64,000 nt of DNA, from positions 45,572,001 to 45,636,000 of the forward strand of contig OZ076409.1 of assembly GCA_964187785.1 (NCBI GenBank). The letters run 5' to 3'. The position numbers and the translations under genes are program-made. The stretch comes from Amphiscolops sp. MND2022 (Eukaryota). Under the pieces are notes generated by a model, which was not told where the DNA came from, did not search any database, and saw only the letters and a list, made by a program, of their open reading frames with translations. The first letter of the stretch is position 1. Every line of letters starts with the position of its first letter. This document shows, piece by piece, positions 62,339 through 64,000 of this stretch.

Positions 62339-64000
62339 TTAGTCTTTAGATCCACCAGGAGTAGATTCCACCACTACAGAAGAAGATCTGGATCGGGACC
62401 GACTCCTTTCCATGCGTCTGCGCTTGGTATCACTCGGTAGGCGAACAGCAGGAGCATCTCTCACAGAAGGAACGTCAGATGAAGCAACGGTCTGAGCAGC
62501 CCCTCCCTCACCGGAGAGAACGGAACGGTGGGACGACATGAGGGACTTATATATAGATGAGCGACCAAAGGTATCTACATAAGCCCAGGGGTCGTAATCA
62601 GAGCAGAGTCCAGATTGCCCGAACGAAGCAGATAAAAGAGAGAATTTATCAAGGTTGATGTCAGAACAACAAAGGGCCAGAAGGTCTGGGACCTCAGTTA
62701 GATAGCTTTGACAGGGCAAAACCACGTCGGACATTCGGGACTGGAGACCCTTAGTGTCTATCTTCCCCATGACCACTGCGGGGTACTGAGGACTGACAGT
62801 GGTCAAACACAGGCAACTCAGTTTAAAAAGGTAGCAAATCTGGCTGTGGGCATGAAAGAAATCGAGCCCCATGAGGAACTCTATAAGGTCTGCAGATTCA
62901 TTAACGAGGCTAGGGTCTGAAGAATGGTTGACTCGAAGATAATCCAACAGTGCCACGTATTCGTCCCTGCATGAAGCCTCATTTGGACCAGTTACCCAAG
63001 ACCGCAACTGGAAGGTCGAATACAGGATACTGAAGTGTCGGAGGGCTACCTCAGTGGGACGCTTCAGCATGATGTACGGGTCAAATGCGGCCAGTCCTTT
63101 GATAATGTCAGAGCTGAGCCCAGTATGTCGGAGGACTGCTCCCAATAAGTACTCTATGTACTTCTTGGCACTTGCTACGAAGTCAGACTGCGCTGAGTCG
63201 GCAGTCTTGTCGATGTCTGCTTTATTGGACTTCTTGTTGAAGTGTAACCCAGCGGCCTTCAGGGTACTTGCTGCAGCAACCTTAGTAGTCATTTTGAGCC
63301 TGACTAGGAATTCGTCATCCTTCAGGAATTTCCCGTCCCGAGTTGTGAAATTGAGCAGTAGTAACCAAGCATTCTCAAGAGGAATGGTATCGGGCTCGTA
63401 AACGCGGGAGCAGAGCCGACTGATGTACCTACAAACGTCCCCACACAGGTAAAAGGTGGCGTCTCGTCTTTGTAAGAGATTGACGGTGAAGCTTGAGACA
63501 TCTAAAACGCAAAATAAGAAAGGTCCACTTGGGAACTTCGGACTGAGGTGTGTCTAAGCGTAGTCAACTTACAATCACTGACGAGACGTTGGAAGAATTC
63601 CAGTCGGACGGCAAAAAACTCGTCGGATATCAGGGACCACTCGAAGCTTTGAACCTTGTTATGCACCCCTTGGTTCTCTTGCAATCTGGAATGCATGGTC
63701 AAGAAGCGGAGAACTGACTTCCACCGCCTAACCAGGTCGCGGCACAAATCAGGGAGTTTGTTGACTTCCAGTCTGCATGTGGTAATAGCCTAAACATAAC
63801 ATTGCCTCGGAACTAGTAACACAAGCACAACACGTTCCACAGCTCACTCTCCCAGGATCAAAACGGAAATACTAACGCGAGTGAGTTCAGGTGACTCTTG
63901 GACCCAGTCCTCAGTGGTAAATCCGCCCAGAGAGACAAGCAGACACTGGAGAACGGAGAACATGTCTATCCGGCCGAAAACACTGTAGGTATGTTTATGC
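62339..64000 (-). CDS. Spliced antisense accessory gene of element E (exons >64000-63877, 63789-63573, 63501-62339; 5' part outside window)
   Basis: Introns 63790-63876 (GTTAGT...TTTAG, phase 0) and 63502-63572 (GTAAGT...TTTTAG, phase 1). The spliced frame has no stops and is collinear with the 630-aa ORF of B. Confidence 0.85.

Larger units (their letters stand above)
54022..64000 (+). mobile_element. Element E: apparently intact Ty3/Gypsy LTR retrotransposon (continues past window end)
   Basis: LTR TGTC...GACA, PBS, uninterrupted gag and pol, spliced antisense gene. Confidence 0.95.

Overview
Eukaryotic (probably invertebrate) repeat-rich DNA. No host gene, RNA gene or CRISPR array is recognisable. 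The window is a cluster of Ty3/Gypsy LTR retrotransposons. Element A (minus, 1-8553) is decayed and runs off the window start. Element C (minus, ~10174-16440) is a decayed, AT-rich, distinct lineage. Element B (plus, 16441-34437) is full length, with ~2.25-kb LTRs and a 1.9-kb internal tandem duplication, and is inserted into C. Element D (minus, 38854-~48473) is decayed. Element E (plus, 54022 to beyond 64000) has intact gag and pol. A few small TIR elements and tandem repeats lie between them. A, B, D and E share an unusual architecture: (i) Gag starts >100 codons inside the LTR and reads through the LTR/PBS junction; (ii) an A_AAA_AAC -1 frameshift site (clear in B and E) leads into pol; (iii) downstream of pol each carries a homologous ANTISENSE gene. 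That gene contains canonical GT-AG introns: two in E, whose removal restores near-gap-free collinearity with the B protein, and at least two in the 5' part of B. By eye its protein resembles a catalytically dead hAT-like DNA transposase with an N-terminal C2H2 finger. This spliced antisense cargo gene is the main candidate for an undescribed system. All homologies were judged by eye and need HMM or structure confirmation.
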